A stretch of 64,000 nt of DNA from an uncultured Chryseobacterium sp. (GTDB lineage Bacteria; Bacteroidota; Bacteroidia; Flavobacteriales_F; PHOS-HE28). Under the pieces are notes generated by a model that had not been told where the DNA came from, did no database searches, and worked only from the letters and a program-made list of their open reading frames with translations. A program made the position numbers and the translations under genes. The stretch is from NCBI GenBank assembly GCA_964394425.1, contig CAYMXP010000005.1:24034-88033 (forward strand), given 5' to 3'. This document shows, in pieces, positions 39,728 through 49,450 of this stretch (within the stretch, counting starts at the first letter, position 1; each line of letters opens with the position of its first letter).

Positions 39728-42355
39728 TCATTGGGCCTTGAGGTAGTTCTCGGCGAAGAAGGTGGCGTATCCGTCGAGATCCTTGCTCTTGTACAGCTGG
39801 GAGTAGTTGTCCGGGGTGATGGCGAAGGTGGCGTAGCCCTGGTCGTTGATCCCCTGCAGGCGAACGCGGTCGCTGAGGAAGAGGTCGTAATACTCCATCG
39901 CCTTCTGCTTGCTCTCGAACACGCTGAGCAGCACCACCTGGTTGTCGGGGTCGAGGAAGCTGCTGGTCACCTCGATGTCCAGGCTCGGGAAGTTGGCGTG
40001 GCCGAAGGCGATGATCTTGTTCTTCACCTGGGTGATGTCGCCGTCGGCGTTGGGGAAGACCAGGATGAAGTAATGCTGGCCGGCCTCCGCGGAATACCTG
40101 GCCGTGGGCATCGGGACCGGATCGGTCGCCGAGCCGGCTTTCTTGTCCAGCACGGCCAGGATGTCGGCGGCGGCCTTGGCCTCATCCGTGCCGGGGAACT
40201 TGGTCTGCACGTCGGCCAGGGCGTTGCGGAAGGCGCTCTCCTCATGCATGCCGCCGACGGCCATCGCCTTCAGCAGGTGATACTTGGCCAGCAGGTGATT
40301 GCGCGGCTCGCTAGCGATCACCGTGTTGCACTGGGCGATCACCGACAGGTAGTCGCCCTGGCGGAACTGCCGGTAGAGCACGTCGTACTCGGCCGCCTCG
40401 ATGGCTTTGTGGGCCTCGTCGGCCTGCAGGGCGTCCGGGTCGCGCACCAGGCGCGCGAATTCGCTGTCGGGCCAGCGCTCCAGAATGATGTCGGCATAGG
40501 TCTGCGAACCGATGCCGCTGAAGTCGATCCGGTTCTGTGATCGCTCCTTGTCCAGGTAGATGCGGTAGAGCTGGTAGTGGCTCTCGGGGGTGTAGACACA
40601 CTGGTCGAAGCGGCTGTTGAGCATCTCGAAGCTCTCCACGCCGTTGTCCACGTCGCGCAGTTTCTCCTTGTAGATGATGCCCGCGCGATAGAGCGCCCGG
40701 CAGATGCGCTCGTTGGAGGCCATCAGCGCGGCGCTGTCCACGGGGATGTCCTTGAGGTAGTACTGGGGATCCTTCCATTCCGGTTCGCCCTCCTTGCGCT
40801 CCGTTCCTTCCTCGCCTTGCTCGCCGCCGCCCTCCTCGGCCAGATCGCCGGTGGCGGCGCCGCTCTTGTCCTTTCGCCGCCAGTCATCTTCAAGCGTGCG
40901 GCTGCCCCACTTCTTCTTGAACTCGGCCAGGCCCCGGCTCATGGCTGTGGGGTTGTAGAAGTACCAGCTGCCCTTCTCACCCCCTCCGGCTGGCTGTGGG
41001 GGTTTGCCGGGGACCACGACCTGGCGATCCGTCTCACGGGCCTCCTCTTCGCGCTGGCGCCGCGCCTCCTCCTCTTCCTCGCGCTCGCGGATGATGCGGT
41101 TGACGATCCGCGCGCGTTCCTTGTCATCCAGTTCCGCCAGCCCCTGCAGGCTGTCCTCCCGGGCGATGATCTCCAGTTGCTCCACCAGTTCGCCGAGCAC
41201 CTCGGCCCGCGTCTTCACCTCGTCGAAGCGGATGTGCTCGGGATCCATGATGACCTGCGTGCTGTCGTAGTACTGCTGCGCGTTGGGATACCGGCGCGCT
41301 TCGAAGTACACATCGGCCAGCTTCAGGAAGCTCTTGGCCTTCTGCTTCACGTCGGTGGTGCTCACGCGTGCGCTGGTCTTCAGGTGGTCGATGGCCAGGC
41401 TGTCCCTGCCTTCCTTCAGGTCCAGGTCGGCCAGCGCGTAGTGGATCATGTCGAAGTGGTCCACATGCTTGTCGTCCTTGAGCATGCGGTTGAGCTTCTG
41501 GCGCAGCGCCTTGCTGTTGCCCGCGTCGAACGCCAGGGCCTGGAAGATCTGGGCATGGAAGCCCAGTTCGTAGGGCGGGTTCATCCGGGTGACCTTCATG
41601 TACTGGGCCACGGCCTTCTCCTCGTGTCCCTTGGCCTGGTATAGCTGGGCGAGGATGAAGGACCATCGCACCCTGTCCTTCTTCCTTTCCGCCACGTCGA
41701 TGGCGCGCTCCAGGTCGGTGATCGCGTCGTCCACCTTGCCGCGCTTCAGGTCCAGGTCGGCCTGGATGGCGCTGAGCTGGTCGTGCGGGAACCCCTTGGG
41801 CGGCTCCTTCTCATTGCGCACCTCGTCGAGGACCGTCTGGGCGCGCGCATATTGCTCGAGCTGGATCAGCGTGCGCGCGAGCCACAGCTTGCCGGTGAGT
41901 TGCTGGTCGTGGCCCTTGAACTTGCGCCCGATGTAATCGCTGGTCCGCTGCGCATCGAAATAGCTCTGCTTGTAGAACTGGCTCTGGGCGATCACCAGGT
42001 AGGCGTCGTCGATCCAGTTGTTCTTCTCCCTGTCCTTGAATTCCATGGAGTGCCGGTCGATCACGATCGAGCACTTCTCGATGCACTTCTCCAGTTCCGG
42101 GACCGCGGCCTTGGCTTGCTGTTCGGTGCCATAGATGAACAGGGGCAGCACTTCGTCGTAGTTCTCCGGATAGTCGCGTTCGATGCCGGCCACCACCTCC
42201 TTGAGCTTCTCGCGGGCGTTGAACCAGCCGTTGTCGCGCGCGACAAGGCGGTGAAAGGTGCGGTTGAGGAACGCATCCTTCTCGGTGGAGCAGGCCGCGA
42301 ACAGGCCGGCCAGCACCAAGGCGGCCCAGAGGGGTTTGCTCAACGGGTTTCGCAC
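39728..42355 (-). CDS. porW: type IX secretion system lipoprotein PorW/SprE (TPR-rich)
   Basis: 875 aa from a GTG start, with a lipoprotein signal (LVLAGLFAAC). CSTEKDAFLNRTFHRLVARDNGWFNA resembles the SprE N-terminus. It has multiple TPR-like helices and a size typical of SprE/PorW. Confidence 0.7.
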   Translation of the reverse strand: MRNPLSKPLWAALVLAGLFAACSTEKDAFLNRTFHRLVARDNGWFNAREKLKEVVAGIERDYPENYDEVLPLFIYGTEQQAKAAVPELEKCIEKCSIVIDRHSMEFKDREKNNWIDDAYLVIAQSQFYKQSYFDAQRTSDYIGRKFKGHDQQLTGKLWLARTLIQLEQYARAQTVLDEVRNEKEPPKGFPHDQLSAIQADLDLKRGKVDDAITDLERAIDVAERKKDRVRWSFILAQLYQAKGHEEKAVAQYMKVTRMNPPYELGFHAQIFQALAFDAGNSKALRQKLNRMLKDDKHVDHFDMIHYALADLDLKEGRDSLAIDHLKTSARVSTTDVKQKAKSFLKLADVYFEARRYPNAQQYYDSTQVIMDPEHIRFDEVKTRAEVLGELVEQLEIIAREDSLQGLAELDDKERARIVNRIIREREEEEEARRQREEEARETDRQVVVPGKPPQPAGGGEKGSWYFYNPTAMSRGLAEFKKKWGSRTLEDDWRRKDKSGAATGDLAEEGGGEQGEEGTERKEGEPEWKDPQYYLKDIPVDSAALMASNERICRALYRAGIIYKEKLRDVDNGVESFEMLNSRFDQCVYTPESHYQLYRIYLDKERSQNRIDFSGIGSQTYADIILERWPDSEFARLVRDPDALQADEAHKAIEAAEYDVLYRQFRQGDYLSVIAQCNTVIASEPRNHLLAKYHLLKAMAVGGMHEESAFRNALADVQTKFPGTDEAKAAADILAVLDKKAGSATDPVPMPTARYSAEAGQHYFILVFPNADGDITQVKNKIIAFGHANFPSLDIEVTSSFLDPDNQVVLLSVFESKQKAMEYYDLFLSDRVRLQGINDQGYATFAITPDNYSQLYKSKDLDGYATFFAENYLKAQ

Positions 42356-42384
42356 GCGGGAACGAGCGGATAACTGAAGGGAGC

Positions 42385-42392
42385 CAAAGATA
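42385..42392 (-). promoter_or_regulatory. Bacteroidota-type -7 promoter box (TATCTTTG on minus strand)
   Basis: Perfect TAnnTTTG match, 29 nt upstream of the porW start codon. Confidence 0.4.
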
Positions 42393-42447
42393 TTTCACGC
42401 CCCGCGCCCGGCCCGTGGCTTCAGGACCCGGACCCATCTTTGCCCCC

Positions 42448-43356
42448 ATGGACCCCTCCGCTCCACGGCCCGCGGCCGGCAGGCCCGATCGCCCCCGGCG
42501 GCGGCCGGTGCTGGGCCGGCTGAAGAGCAAGTACCGCCTGCTGTTGATCAACGACCGCACGTTCGAGGAGCGGTTCAGCATGCGCCTCTCGCGTATGAAC
42601 ATGATCCTGCTGGGGGCATGCGCCTTCCTGCTGATCGCGGTGCTGGTCAGCGCCCTCATCGTGTTCACCCCGTTGCGCGAGCGGGTGCCGGGCTATGCCG
42701 ACCACGACCTCACGCGTTTCGCCTACCGATCGGCGCGCCTGGCCGATTCGCTGGCGCGCGTGCTGCCGGCGCAGCAGGCCTACGTGGAGAACCTCCGAAT
42801 GGTCCTCAGTGGAAAGGTGCCGGCCGACAGCACCACGGTGTCGCGTCCCATCGCCGATCCGCCTGGCGCAAGAGAACTGGCCCCTTCGCGGCGCGACAGC
42901 CTCATGCGCGAACGCGTGGCCCAGGAGGAGGCCTATGCGCTGAGCACTGAAGGACGGACGGGCATGGCCCGGCGGGAGCTGGCCGGTATGATCTTCTTTC
43001 CCCCCTTGCGGGGGCTGATCACCCAGGCCTTCGATCCGGCCACCGGGCACCTGGGGCTGGATGTGGTGGCCAAGGCCGACGAAGCGGTGAAGGCGGCATT
43101 GGATGGGTCGGTGGTGCTGGCTTCCTGGACCAGCGACGCCGGCAACGTGATCCAGGTGCAGCACGCCAATGACCTCCTGACCGTGTACAAGCACAACTCG
43201 GTGTTGCTGAAGAAGGTGGGCGACCGGGTGAGGGCGGGCGAAGCGATCGCGATCGTGGGCGGCAGCGGCGAATTGAGCGATGGGCCGCACCTGCATTTCG
43301 AACTGTGGCTGGCCGGCGAACCGATCGACCCGGCCGCATACATGGTATTCCAGTGA
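42448..43356 (+). CDS. M23 family metallopeptidase (LytM-like)
   Basis: An N-terminal TM is followed by a C-terminal M23 domain: GLDVVAKADEAVKAALDG..., HANDLLTVYKHNSVLLKKVGDRVRAGEAIAIVG and GPHLHFELW. Confidence 0.85.
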   Translation: MDPSAPRPAAGRPDRPRRRPVLGRLKSKYRLLLINDRTFEERFSMRLSRMNMILLGACAFLLIAVLVSALIVFTPLRERVPGYADHDLTRFAYRSARLADSLARVLPAQQAYVENLRMVLSGKVPADSTTVSRPIADPPGARELAPSRRDSLMRERVAQEEAYALSTEGRTGMARRELAGMIFFPPLRGLITQAFDPATGHLGLDVVAKADEAVKAALDGSVVLASWTSDAGNVIQVQHANDLLTVYKHNSVLLKKVGDRVRAGEAIAIVGGSGELSDGPHLHFELWLAGEPIDPAAYMVFQ

Positions 43357-44846
43357 GCCTCAAGCGCTGGATCACCCCGCCGATCGCGCGCAGCGTGACC
43401 TCCGCGGTGATGCGCCGGGCCATGGACCCCGTGCTCGCGCAGGAACGGGTGCTGCGGGGGCTGTTGCGATCCGGGGGGCGCACCTCCTTCGGCCGGGATC
43501 ATCGGCTGGCGGAGATCCGCTCACATGCCGGGCTGGTTGAGCGCGTGCCCTTGTGCGACTATGAAACGCTGAAGCCTTGCATCGACCGCATCGTGGCCGG
43601 CGATCGCGACGTGCTGTGGCCCGGTCGGCCCATCTACCTGAGCAAGACCAGCGGCACCACCAGCGGCGCCAAGTTCATCCCCATCACGGCCGATAGCCTG
43701 AAGAACCACCTCGGCTCGGCGCGACGGGCGTTGCTGGCGCACGTGGCCCATACCGGCGATGCCTCGTTCGTCGACGGGCGGATGATCTTCCTGCAAGGCA
43801 ACCCGAAGCTCGATCGCACGGGCGTCATCCCCACCGGTCGGCTCAGCGGCATCGTGGCCAACCACGTGCCCCGCTACCTGCTGCGCAACCGCCTGCCCAG
43901 CTTCGCGGTGAACAGCATCGCCGACTGGGAGAAGAAGGTGGATGCGATCGTGGAGGAAACCCTGCACGAGGACATGCGTCTGATCAGCGGCATTCCCGCA
44001 TGGGTGCAGATGTATTTCGAGCGGCTGTTGGCGCGTGGCGGCGCCCGTACGGTGAAGGAACTGTTCCCGAACTTCTCGCTGTTCGTGCATGGCGGGGTGA
44101 ATTACGAGCCATACCGGGCCCGCATGGAGGCGCTGATCGGCGGCCGCGTGCCCAGCGTGGAACTGTTCCCGGCCAGCGAGGGCTTCATCGCCTACCAGGA
44201 CCGCGGTCCGGGCGAGGGCCTGCTTCTGGTCGTGGACAACGGGATCTACTTCGAGTTCATCCCCACCGGGCCGCCGGGTTCCGGTCCGGCAGGCCGTCTA
44301 TCCATCGCCGACGTGGAATTGGGCGTGAACTATGCCCTGGTGCTGCACACCAACGCCGGGTTGTGGGGCTACCAGCTCGGCGACACGGTGAAGTTCGTTT
44401 CGTTGCGCCCGCCGCGCATCGTGGTCACGGGGCGGACCAGGCACTACACCAGCGCCTTTGGCGAACACGTGATCGCCGAGGAGGTCGAAGGCGCGTTGCG
44501 CGATGCGATGGCCGAAGTGCCCTGCACGGTGGTGGAATTCACCATGGCCCCGCAGACCACGCCGCCCGAAGGCCTTCCGCACCACGAATGGTTCATCGAG
44601 TTCGGTACCCCACCGGCCGACCCCTCGCACCTGGCCGCGGCGATCGATGCCGCGCTGCAACGGCGCAATCCCTACTACAAGGACCTGGTGACCGGCGCGG
44701 TGCTGCGCCCGCTGGTGATCCGATCTCTGCCACGCGGAGCGTTCGCCGCATGGATGGGGCGCCGGGGGATGGCCGATGCGCAGAGCAAAGTGCCCAGGCT
44801 GGCCAACGACCGCTCGTACGTGAGCGACCTGGAGCGCCTCGCCTGA
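43353..44846 (+). CDS. GH3 auxin-responsive-promoter family protein (acyl-adenylate-forming enzyme superfamily)
   Basis: Contains LSKTSGTTSGAKFIPIT, FPNFSLFVHGGVNYEPY and YNRYRLGD-like (GYQLGDTVKF). The GTG at 43353 overlaps the M23 stop. Confidence 0.85.
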   Translation: MSLKRWITPPIARSVTSAVMRRAMDPVLAQERVLRGLLRSGGRTSFGRDHRLAEIRSHAGLVERVPLCDYETLKPCIDRIVAGDRDVLWPGRPIYLSKTSGTTSGAKFIPITADSLKNHLGSARRALLAHVAHTGDASFVDGRMIFLQGNPKLDRTGVIPTGRLSGIVANHVPRYLLRNRLPSFAVNSIADWEKKVDAIVEETLHEDMRLISGIPAWVQMYFERLLARGGARTVKELFPNFSLFVHGGVNYEPYRARMEALIGGRVPSVELFPASEGFIAYQDRGPGEGLLLVVDNGIYFEFIPTGPPGSGPAGRLSIADVELGVNYALVLHTNAGLWGYQLGDTVKFVSLRPPRIVVTGRTRHYTSAFGEHVIAEEVEGALRDAMAEVPCTVVEFTMAPQTTPPEGLPHHEWFIEFGTPPADPSHLAAAIDAALQRRNPYYKDLVTGAVLRPLVIRSLPRGAFAAWMGRRGMADAQSKVPRLANDRSYVSDLERLA

Positions 44847-44901
44847 GCCGCGCTCCGAGGCCGGCGCGCTCATGCTTCGGGCCCGGTCGGACCAAAGCGA
44901 C

Positions 44902-44931
44902 GCGAGGGGGAGGCGGCCGCCTCCCCCTCGC
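44902..44931. terminator. perfect 30-nt palindrome between convergent genes (candidate bidirectional terminator hairpin)
   Basis: GCGAGGGGGAGGCGG/CCGCCTCCCCCTCGC gives a 13-bp GC-rich stem with a GGCC loop. It lies in the 105-nt gap between the GH3-family gene and ssb. There is no U-tract. Confidence 0.5.
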
Positions 44932-44951
44932 GATCATCGCCCATGGCCCCT

Positions 44952-45326
44952 TCACGCCATCTCCTCCACGACCGGGGCGCCCGCCTCCTCCTTCCTCCCG
45001 CTCATGAGCTGCAGGTCGCTCAGCACCACTTCGGTGACATACTGCTTCCTGCCTTCCTTGTCGGTGTAGTCCCGATGGACCAGGCGGCCTTCGATGGCCA
45101 CCTTGCTGCCCTTGTGCAGGTGCTGGCCCACCAGATCGGCCTGCCTGCCCCAGGCCACCACGGTGTGCCATTGGGTGTCGTCCTTCCATTCCTCGCCGCT
45201 CTTGTAGCGGTCGGTGGTGGCCACGCGCAGTCGGGCCATCTTGCGGGCGTTGCCCACGTCCTTGATCTCGGGTTCGCCCCCAAGGTGTCCGATCAGCAGC
45301 ACCTTGTTCTTCATCGTCGCGTTCAT
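44952..45326 (-). CDS. ssb: single-stranded DNA-binding protein
   Basis: Reads MKNKVLLIGHLGGEPEIK...ARLRVATTDRYKSGEEWKDDTQWHTVVAWGRQADLV...KGSKVAIEGRLVHRDYTDKEG, an OB-fold SSB. An alternative ATG lies at 45314. Confidence 0.9.
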   Translation of the reverse strand: MNATMKNKVLLIGHLGGEPEIKDVGNARKMARLRVATTDRYKSGEEWKDDTQWHTVVAWGRQADLVGQHLHKGSKVAIEGRLVHRDYTDKEGRKQYVTEVVLSDLQLMSGRKEEAGAPVVEEMA

Positions 45327-45535
45327 GGTCGTTAGTGGTTTGGTGGGGCAAAGGAGGTGGCGCGGAAGAGCGTGATCCGGCCAGTTTCCATTTGCAGGCG
45401 GTCATAACTGTTTGCTGTCGTTTGCGGGCCGGCTCCGCGAGGGGGCGCGACCGGCGGCGCGGTCGGCACCCGCGCGCCCATACCGGTTGGGGGCGCTGGC
45501 TATCTTCGCCACCCATCTGCAAATCCATCGCTTCC

Positions 45536-46378
45536 ATGAGCGACAAGAGCAAGAAAAAGATCCTGGTCCCCACCGATTTCACCAAGGTGGCCGACTGCGC
45601 CATGAACCATGCGATGAAGCTGGCCGAGCGCAGCGGGGCCGAGGTGTACCTGCTGCACGTGGTGCCCAAGCAGGGCGAAGTGGACGAAGCGCGGACCAAG
45701 CTGGACCATGAGATCGCGCGGGCCAAGCAGTGGAGCAACAAGGTGCCGGTGTTCAAGCTGGTGCGGATCGGGAGCATCTTCGAGGACATCGGCGACGCGG
45801 CCTCGGAGATCGACGCCGGGCTGATCATCATGGGCACACATGGCATGCGGGGCATGCAGTTCATCACCGGCAGCCGGGCGCTGCGGGTGATCACCAACAG
45901 CAACGTGCCGTTCGTGGTGGTGCAGGAGCGGAACATCAAGGCCGACGGCTACCGCGACATCGTGGTGCCGCTGGACCTGCACAAGGAGACGCGCCAGAAG
46001 CTGACGGTCGTGGCCGACATGGCCCGGTACTTCGGCAGCAAGGTGCATCTGGTGACCCCGAAGGAGGAGGATGAGTTCCTGCACAAGCAGCTGCTCAACA
46101 ACATCACCTTCGCCAACCAGTACCTGGGCGAACGCCAGGTGGACCACATCGCCACCATCGTGGATAGCGACAGCAGCGGTTTCGTGCAGGCCGTGATCCG
46201 TTACGCCGTGCAGGTGGATGCCGATCTGATCGCGATCATGAACCTGGCGCAAGGCAACATCTTCGGCGTGCTGGGCGTGCCCTACGAACAGGAGGTGATC
46301 GCCAACGAGGCTCAGATCCCGGTGATCTGCATGAACCCGGTGGAGACGGCCACCGGGGGCGGGTGGTCGTTCCAGTAG
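45536..46378 (+). CDS. universal stress protein (tandem USP domains)
   Basis: ATG at 45536. MSDKSKKKILVPTDFTKVADCAMNHAMKLAERSGAEVYLLHVV... is followed by a second USP-like half, IVVPLDLHKETRQKL. Confidence 0.85.
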   Translation: MSDKSKKKILVPTDFTKVADCAMNHAMKLAERSGAEVYLLHVVPKQGEVDEARTKLDHEIARAKQWSNKVPVFKLVRIGSIFEDIGDAASEIDAGLIIMGTHGMRGMQFITGSRALRVITNSNVPFVVVQERNIKADGYRDIVVPLDLHKETRQKLTVVADMARYFGSKVHLVTPKEEDEFLHKQLLNNITFANQYLGERQVDHIATIVDSDSSGFVQAVIRYAVQVDADLIAIMNLAQGNIFGVLGVPYEQEVIANEAQIPVICMNPVETATGGGWSFQ

Positions 46379-46586
46379 GTGTCCACCTCCCCCGGCCTTC
46401 CGGGGTAAGCGGCCCCATCCCCGCCTTTCCTCCATGGGTTCCATTGGGCGGGGTTCCGGTCCGGCCGGGCGATCTCGTTGTCCAACCCCTCCGCGAACCC
46501 GCGCATGAAATGCCTGCGTCCTGCGGGGCGTTGCCTTGTGCTCATCCCGGGCAGGTGTTCGACCGCTCCGATGACCCGGATCCCCA

Positions 46587-48383
46587 TCACGCCCTCATCC
46601 CGATCACCAGGATGTCGTCCACCTGCTCGTGTGCGCCCTTCCAGTTGTTGAGCTCATCGAGCAGCATGCCCTTCTGCCGGTCCATGGGCATGCCGTGGAT
46701 CTTCAGCAGCAGCTCGCGGAAACGGCGATAGAGGAACTTCTTGCCGCGTGGGCCGCCGAACTGGTCGGGGTAGCCGTCGGAAAAAACATAGACCACGTCG
46801 CCCCGGCGCAATTGGATGCGATGCTCCTGGAAGGTGGTGCCGCCCAGCTCGAAGCCGCCCACGCTGATCTTGGTGGGCTCGAACTGGAGCAACTGGCCGT
46901 CGCGGATCAGGTAAAGGGGGCAGTTGGCCCCCGCGTAATCCAGGGTGAGGGTCTCACGGTCCAGGGTGCAGAGGGCCATGTCCATGCCGTCGCGCACCAG
47001 GAACTGGTCGCGGTCCTTGTGCAGTGCTTCGAAGGCGATGCGGTTGAGGTCGCTGAGCACTTCAGCCGGTTTGGTGTGGCCGCGCTCCTTGATGGCCTGG
47101 TTGAGGCCGTTGTGCCCCACGAGGCTCATGAAGGCGCCGGGCACGCCGTGGCCGGTGCAATCCACCGCGGCAAAGACCACCTTCTCCTCCATGCGCTCGA
47201 ACCAGTAGAAATCGCCGGAAACGATGTCCTTGGGGCGGAAAAAGACGAAGCTTTCCGGGAGCAGCTCGCGGATGCGGCGGTCGGGGGGCAGGATGGATTC
47301 CTGCAGGCGCTTGGCGTAGCGGATGCTGTCGGTGACGTTCTTGTACAGCTCCACCACCTTGCGGCTCTGGCGCTCCACCTCCTCCTTCTGGCGCACCACT
47401 TCCTCCGTTCGTTCGGCCACCTTCTGCTCCAGCACGCGCTCGCGTTCGCCCAGTTCGCTGCGCATCTTCAGCAGGGCGTGGCCCAGCACGTCTTCCTCGC
47501 TCAGGGGCTTGTACTCGGTGCCGAAATCGCCGGCGGCCACCGCGTGGCTGAAATCGGTGGTGCGCTTCAGGCCGTCGATCAGGCCCTGCAGCGCCAGGCT
47601 CATCTCGCCGATCTCGTCGTTGCGGGCGTTGAGGCGCGCGCGGGGGAAGACCCCGCGCCCCAGGGAAAGCAGCATGCCGCGCAGGGCCCGCACCGGCCGC
47701 ACGATGCCGCGCACGATGAAGAAGGCCACGACGATGCCCACGACCACCAGGCCCATGCCCAGGTAGAGCACGAAGAACTTCAGGCTGTCGAAGCTGCGCA
47801 GCATGCCGCTGCTGAGCTGGCGGCGCTTGGCTTCCTGCATGGCCAGGAGCACGTCCATGTCCTCCAGCACCTTTTTGGTCCGCTGGTCCAACGGGCCACC
47901 CTCTTCGGCCATGTCCATGCGCTCCATGAACACGGGCGGGTCATAGTAGCTTTCCAGCGAGGGCAGCATCTCCTTGATCTGGGTATGCATCACGAAGAGC
48001 GCGTCCATCTCGCCGAACACACGGTTCATCAGCGCGACCTCCTCGCGGTCCCAATCGGCCGAAAGGGTGTCGAGCTGGTCGAGCAGTTCGGGAAGCTGCC
48101 GGCTGGAGAGTTCGATCAGGGCCGTTTTCTCCGGCGCATCGGGGATGCTTTCCACCAGCGCCCAGTGCTTGATCAGCATGTGCGCGTTCACCAGCAGGTT
48201 CCGCAGGCGCACCAGCGCATCCACCGAGGGGGAATAGACCTGGTTGATCTGGTCGTTGATCGACCGGCTGCGCTCCAGGGTGCTGTTGGTGAGGAAGACC
48301 ACCAGCAGGGCGAAGGTGATGAACAGGCCGAAGCCCATGGCGATCCTGCGGCCGATGGTGAAGCGGAGGCGCATGCGGATCAT
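46587..48383 (-). CDS. membrane sensor with HAMP domain and PP2C/SpoIIE-type serine phosphatase domain
   Basis: ATG at 48383. The order is TM, an extracytoplasmic ~170 aa, TM, HAMP (RPVRALRGMLLSLGRG...EIGEMSLALQGLIDGL), a coiled coil, then SpoIIE (DIVSGDFYWFE...VDCTGHGVPGAFMS...DGMDMALC...FSDGYPDQFGG...DDILVIGMRA). Confidence 0.85.
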   Translation of the reverse strand: MIRMRLRFTIGRRIAMGFGLFITFALLVVFLTNSTLERSRSINDQINQVYSPSVDALVRLRNLLVNAHMLIKHWALVESIPDAPEKTALIELSSRQLPELLDQLDTLSADWDREEVALMNRVFGEMDALFVMHTQIKEMLPSLESYYDPPVFMERMDMAEEGGPLDQRTKKVLEDMDVLLAMQEAKRRQLSSGMLRSFDSLKFFVLYLGMGLVVVGIVVAFFIVRGIVRPVRALRGMLLSLGRGVFPRARLNARNDEIGEMSLALQGLIDGLKRTTDFSHAVAAGDFGTEYKPLSEEDVLGHALLKMRSELGERERVLEQKVAERTEEVVRQKEEVERQSRKVVELYKNVTDSIRYAKRLQESILPPDRRIRELLPESFVFFRPKDIVSGDFYWFERMEEKVVFAAVDCTGHGVPGAFMSLVGHNGLNQAIKERGHTKPAEVLSDLNRIAFEALHKDRDQFLVRDGMDMALCTLDRETLTLDYAGANCPLYLIRDGQLLQFEPTKISVGGFELGGTTFQEHRIQLRRGDVVYVFSDGYPDQFGGPRGKKFLYRRFRELLLKIHGMPMDRQKGMLLDELNNWKGAHEQVDDILVIGMRA

Positions 48384-48565
48384 TTCACCACGGGGGAACG
48401 GGGGGCACGGGGAACCGTCTTGGACCGCGACGACCGTGCCTGCGCGAAGCCGCTTCGGTGAAGGCAAGGCGCAACGAGGCGTCCGGGGCGCGATGCCGGG
48501 GTGGCCCCGGGGCGTGGCGCCGGTGTCGAGGCGTGGCGGCTTGTCGGCTGAGATCCATCCATGGT

Positions 48566-49447
48566 CTATCGATCTTCCTCGGGCTCCAGCGCCTCATAGA
48601 GCGCGCGGTAGTGTTCGCTCTTGTCGATGTCCTGCAGGCTGTAGTAGATGCCCTCCAGGCCAAGGAGGGTTTCCTTGCGCGTGGGGTTCATGTCAAAGGC
48701 CTTGAGCATGTAGGGCAGCGCCTCCATGAAGTAGTAGCGGCTGGCGCGCTGGATGTCCTGCAGGCTGGGGATGTCGTTCTCCGGGGTGATCTTCTGGATG
48801 TTGTAGACGCCGCGGTTGTAGAACAACGTGGCCAGGTTGTAGTTGGCGCCGTAGTTCTCGGGATCCAGGGCGATGACGGCCCCGTAGGTGCGCACGGCCA
48901 GGACGAACCAGGTGGTGTCCTCGCGGTCTTCGCCATAGCGCTTGGTGTACACCGTGCCCAGCGCGTTGTTGAACTCGATGTCGCGCGCGCGGAAGTCGTG
49001 CTCGGGCGAGAGCCGGTGCATGGTCTGCTGGTGGCGTTCGTAATAGCGGATCGCTCCTTCGGCATCCATCGCGTTCAGCGCGCGGGCGGCATCGTTGTAG
49101 AAGGTGCGGGCCAGGTAGTCGTGGGCCTGGGAGCAATCGCGCGCGTAGGTGTCGGTGGTGTCCTTGCCCAGGCACAGGTCCAGGCTGCGAAGGGCCTCTT
49201 CGCGCAGGCTGTCGGCGGCGCCGCCGGGGGCCATGCCCTTGAAAAGGTCCTTGTAAATGAACCCGCGCAACAGCCAGGCGCCCGGGTCCTGGGCGAAGGC
49301 CTCCTCCCGCACCGCCTGGTCGATCAATGCGCGGGCCTCGGCCAGCTGCCCCTGCTCGTACTTCTCATACGCCTCGGCGAAATGGTCCTTCTGCGCCCAG
49401 GCCAGGACCGGGGCGAAGAGCAGGAGGAGGGTGGAACGGCGCAGCAT
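48566..49447 (-). CDS. secreted TPR-like helical-repeat protein, function unknown
   Basis: 293 aa with a signal peptide (MLRRSTLLLLFAPVLAWAQ). Helical repeats show the TPR-like Y/A/L periodicity. It lies 3 nt downstream of the YfiR-like gene on the same strand. Confidence 0.6.
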   Translation of the reverse strand: MLRRSTLLLLFAPVLAWAQKDHFAEAYEKYEQGQLAEARALIDQAVREEAFAQDPGAWLLRGFIYKDLFKGMAPGGAADSLREEALRSLDLCLGKDTTDTYARDCSQAHDYLARTFYNDAARALNAMDAEGAIRYYERHQQTMHRLSPEHDFRARDIEFNNALGTVYTKRYGEDREDTTWFVLAVRTYGAVIALDPENYGANYNLATLFYNRGVYNIQKITPENDIPSLQDIQRASRYYFMEALPYMLKAFDMNPTRKETLLGLEGIYYSLQDIDKSEHYRALYEALEPEEDR

Positions 49448-49450
49448 GAT

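Noticed and set aside
46312-46590. 92-aa ORF in the convergent gap between the USP and the HAMP-PP2C genes.
   Set aside because: It overlaps the ends of both flanking genes, has no recognisable motif, and has an odd composition. The gap more likely holds terminator hairpins, e.g. CCCCGG-CCTT-CCGGGG at 46390-46405.
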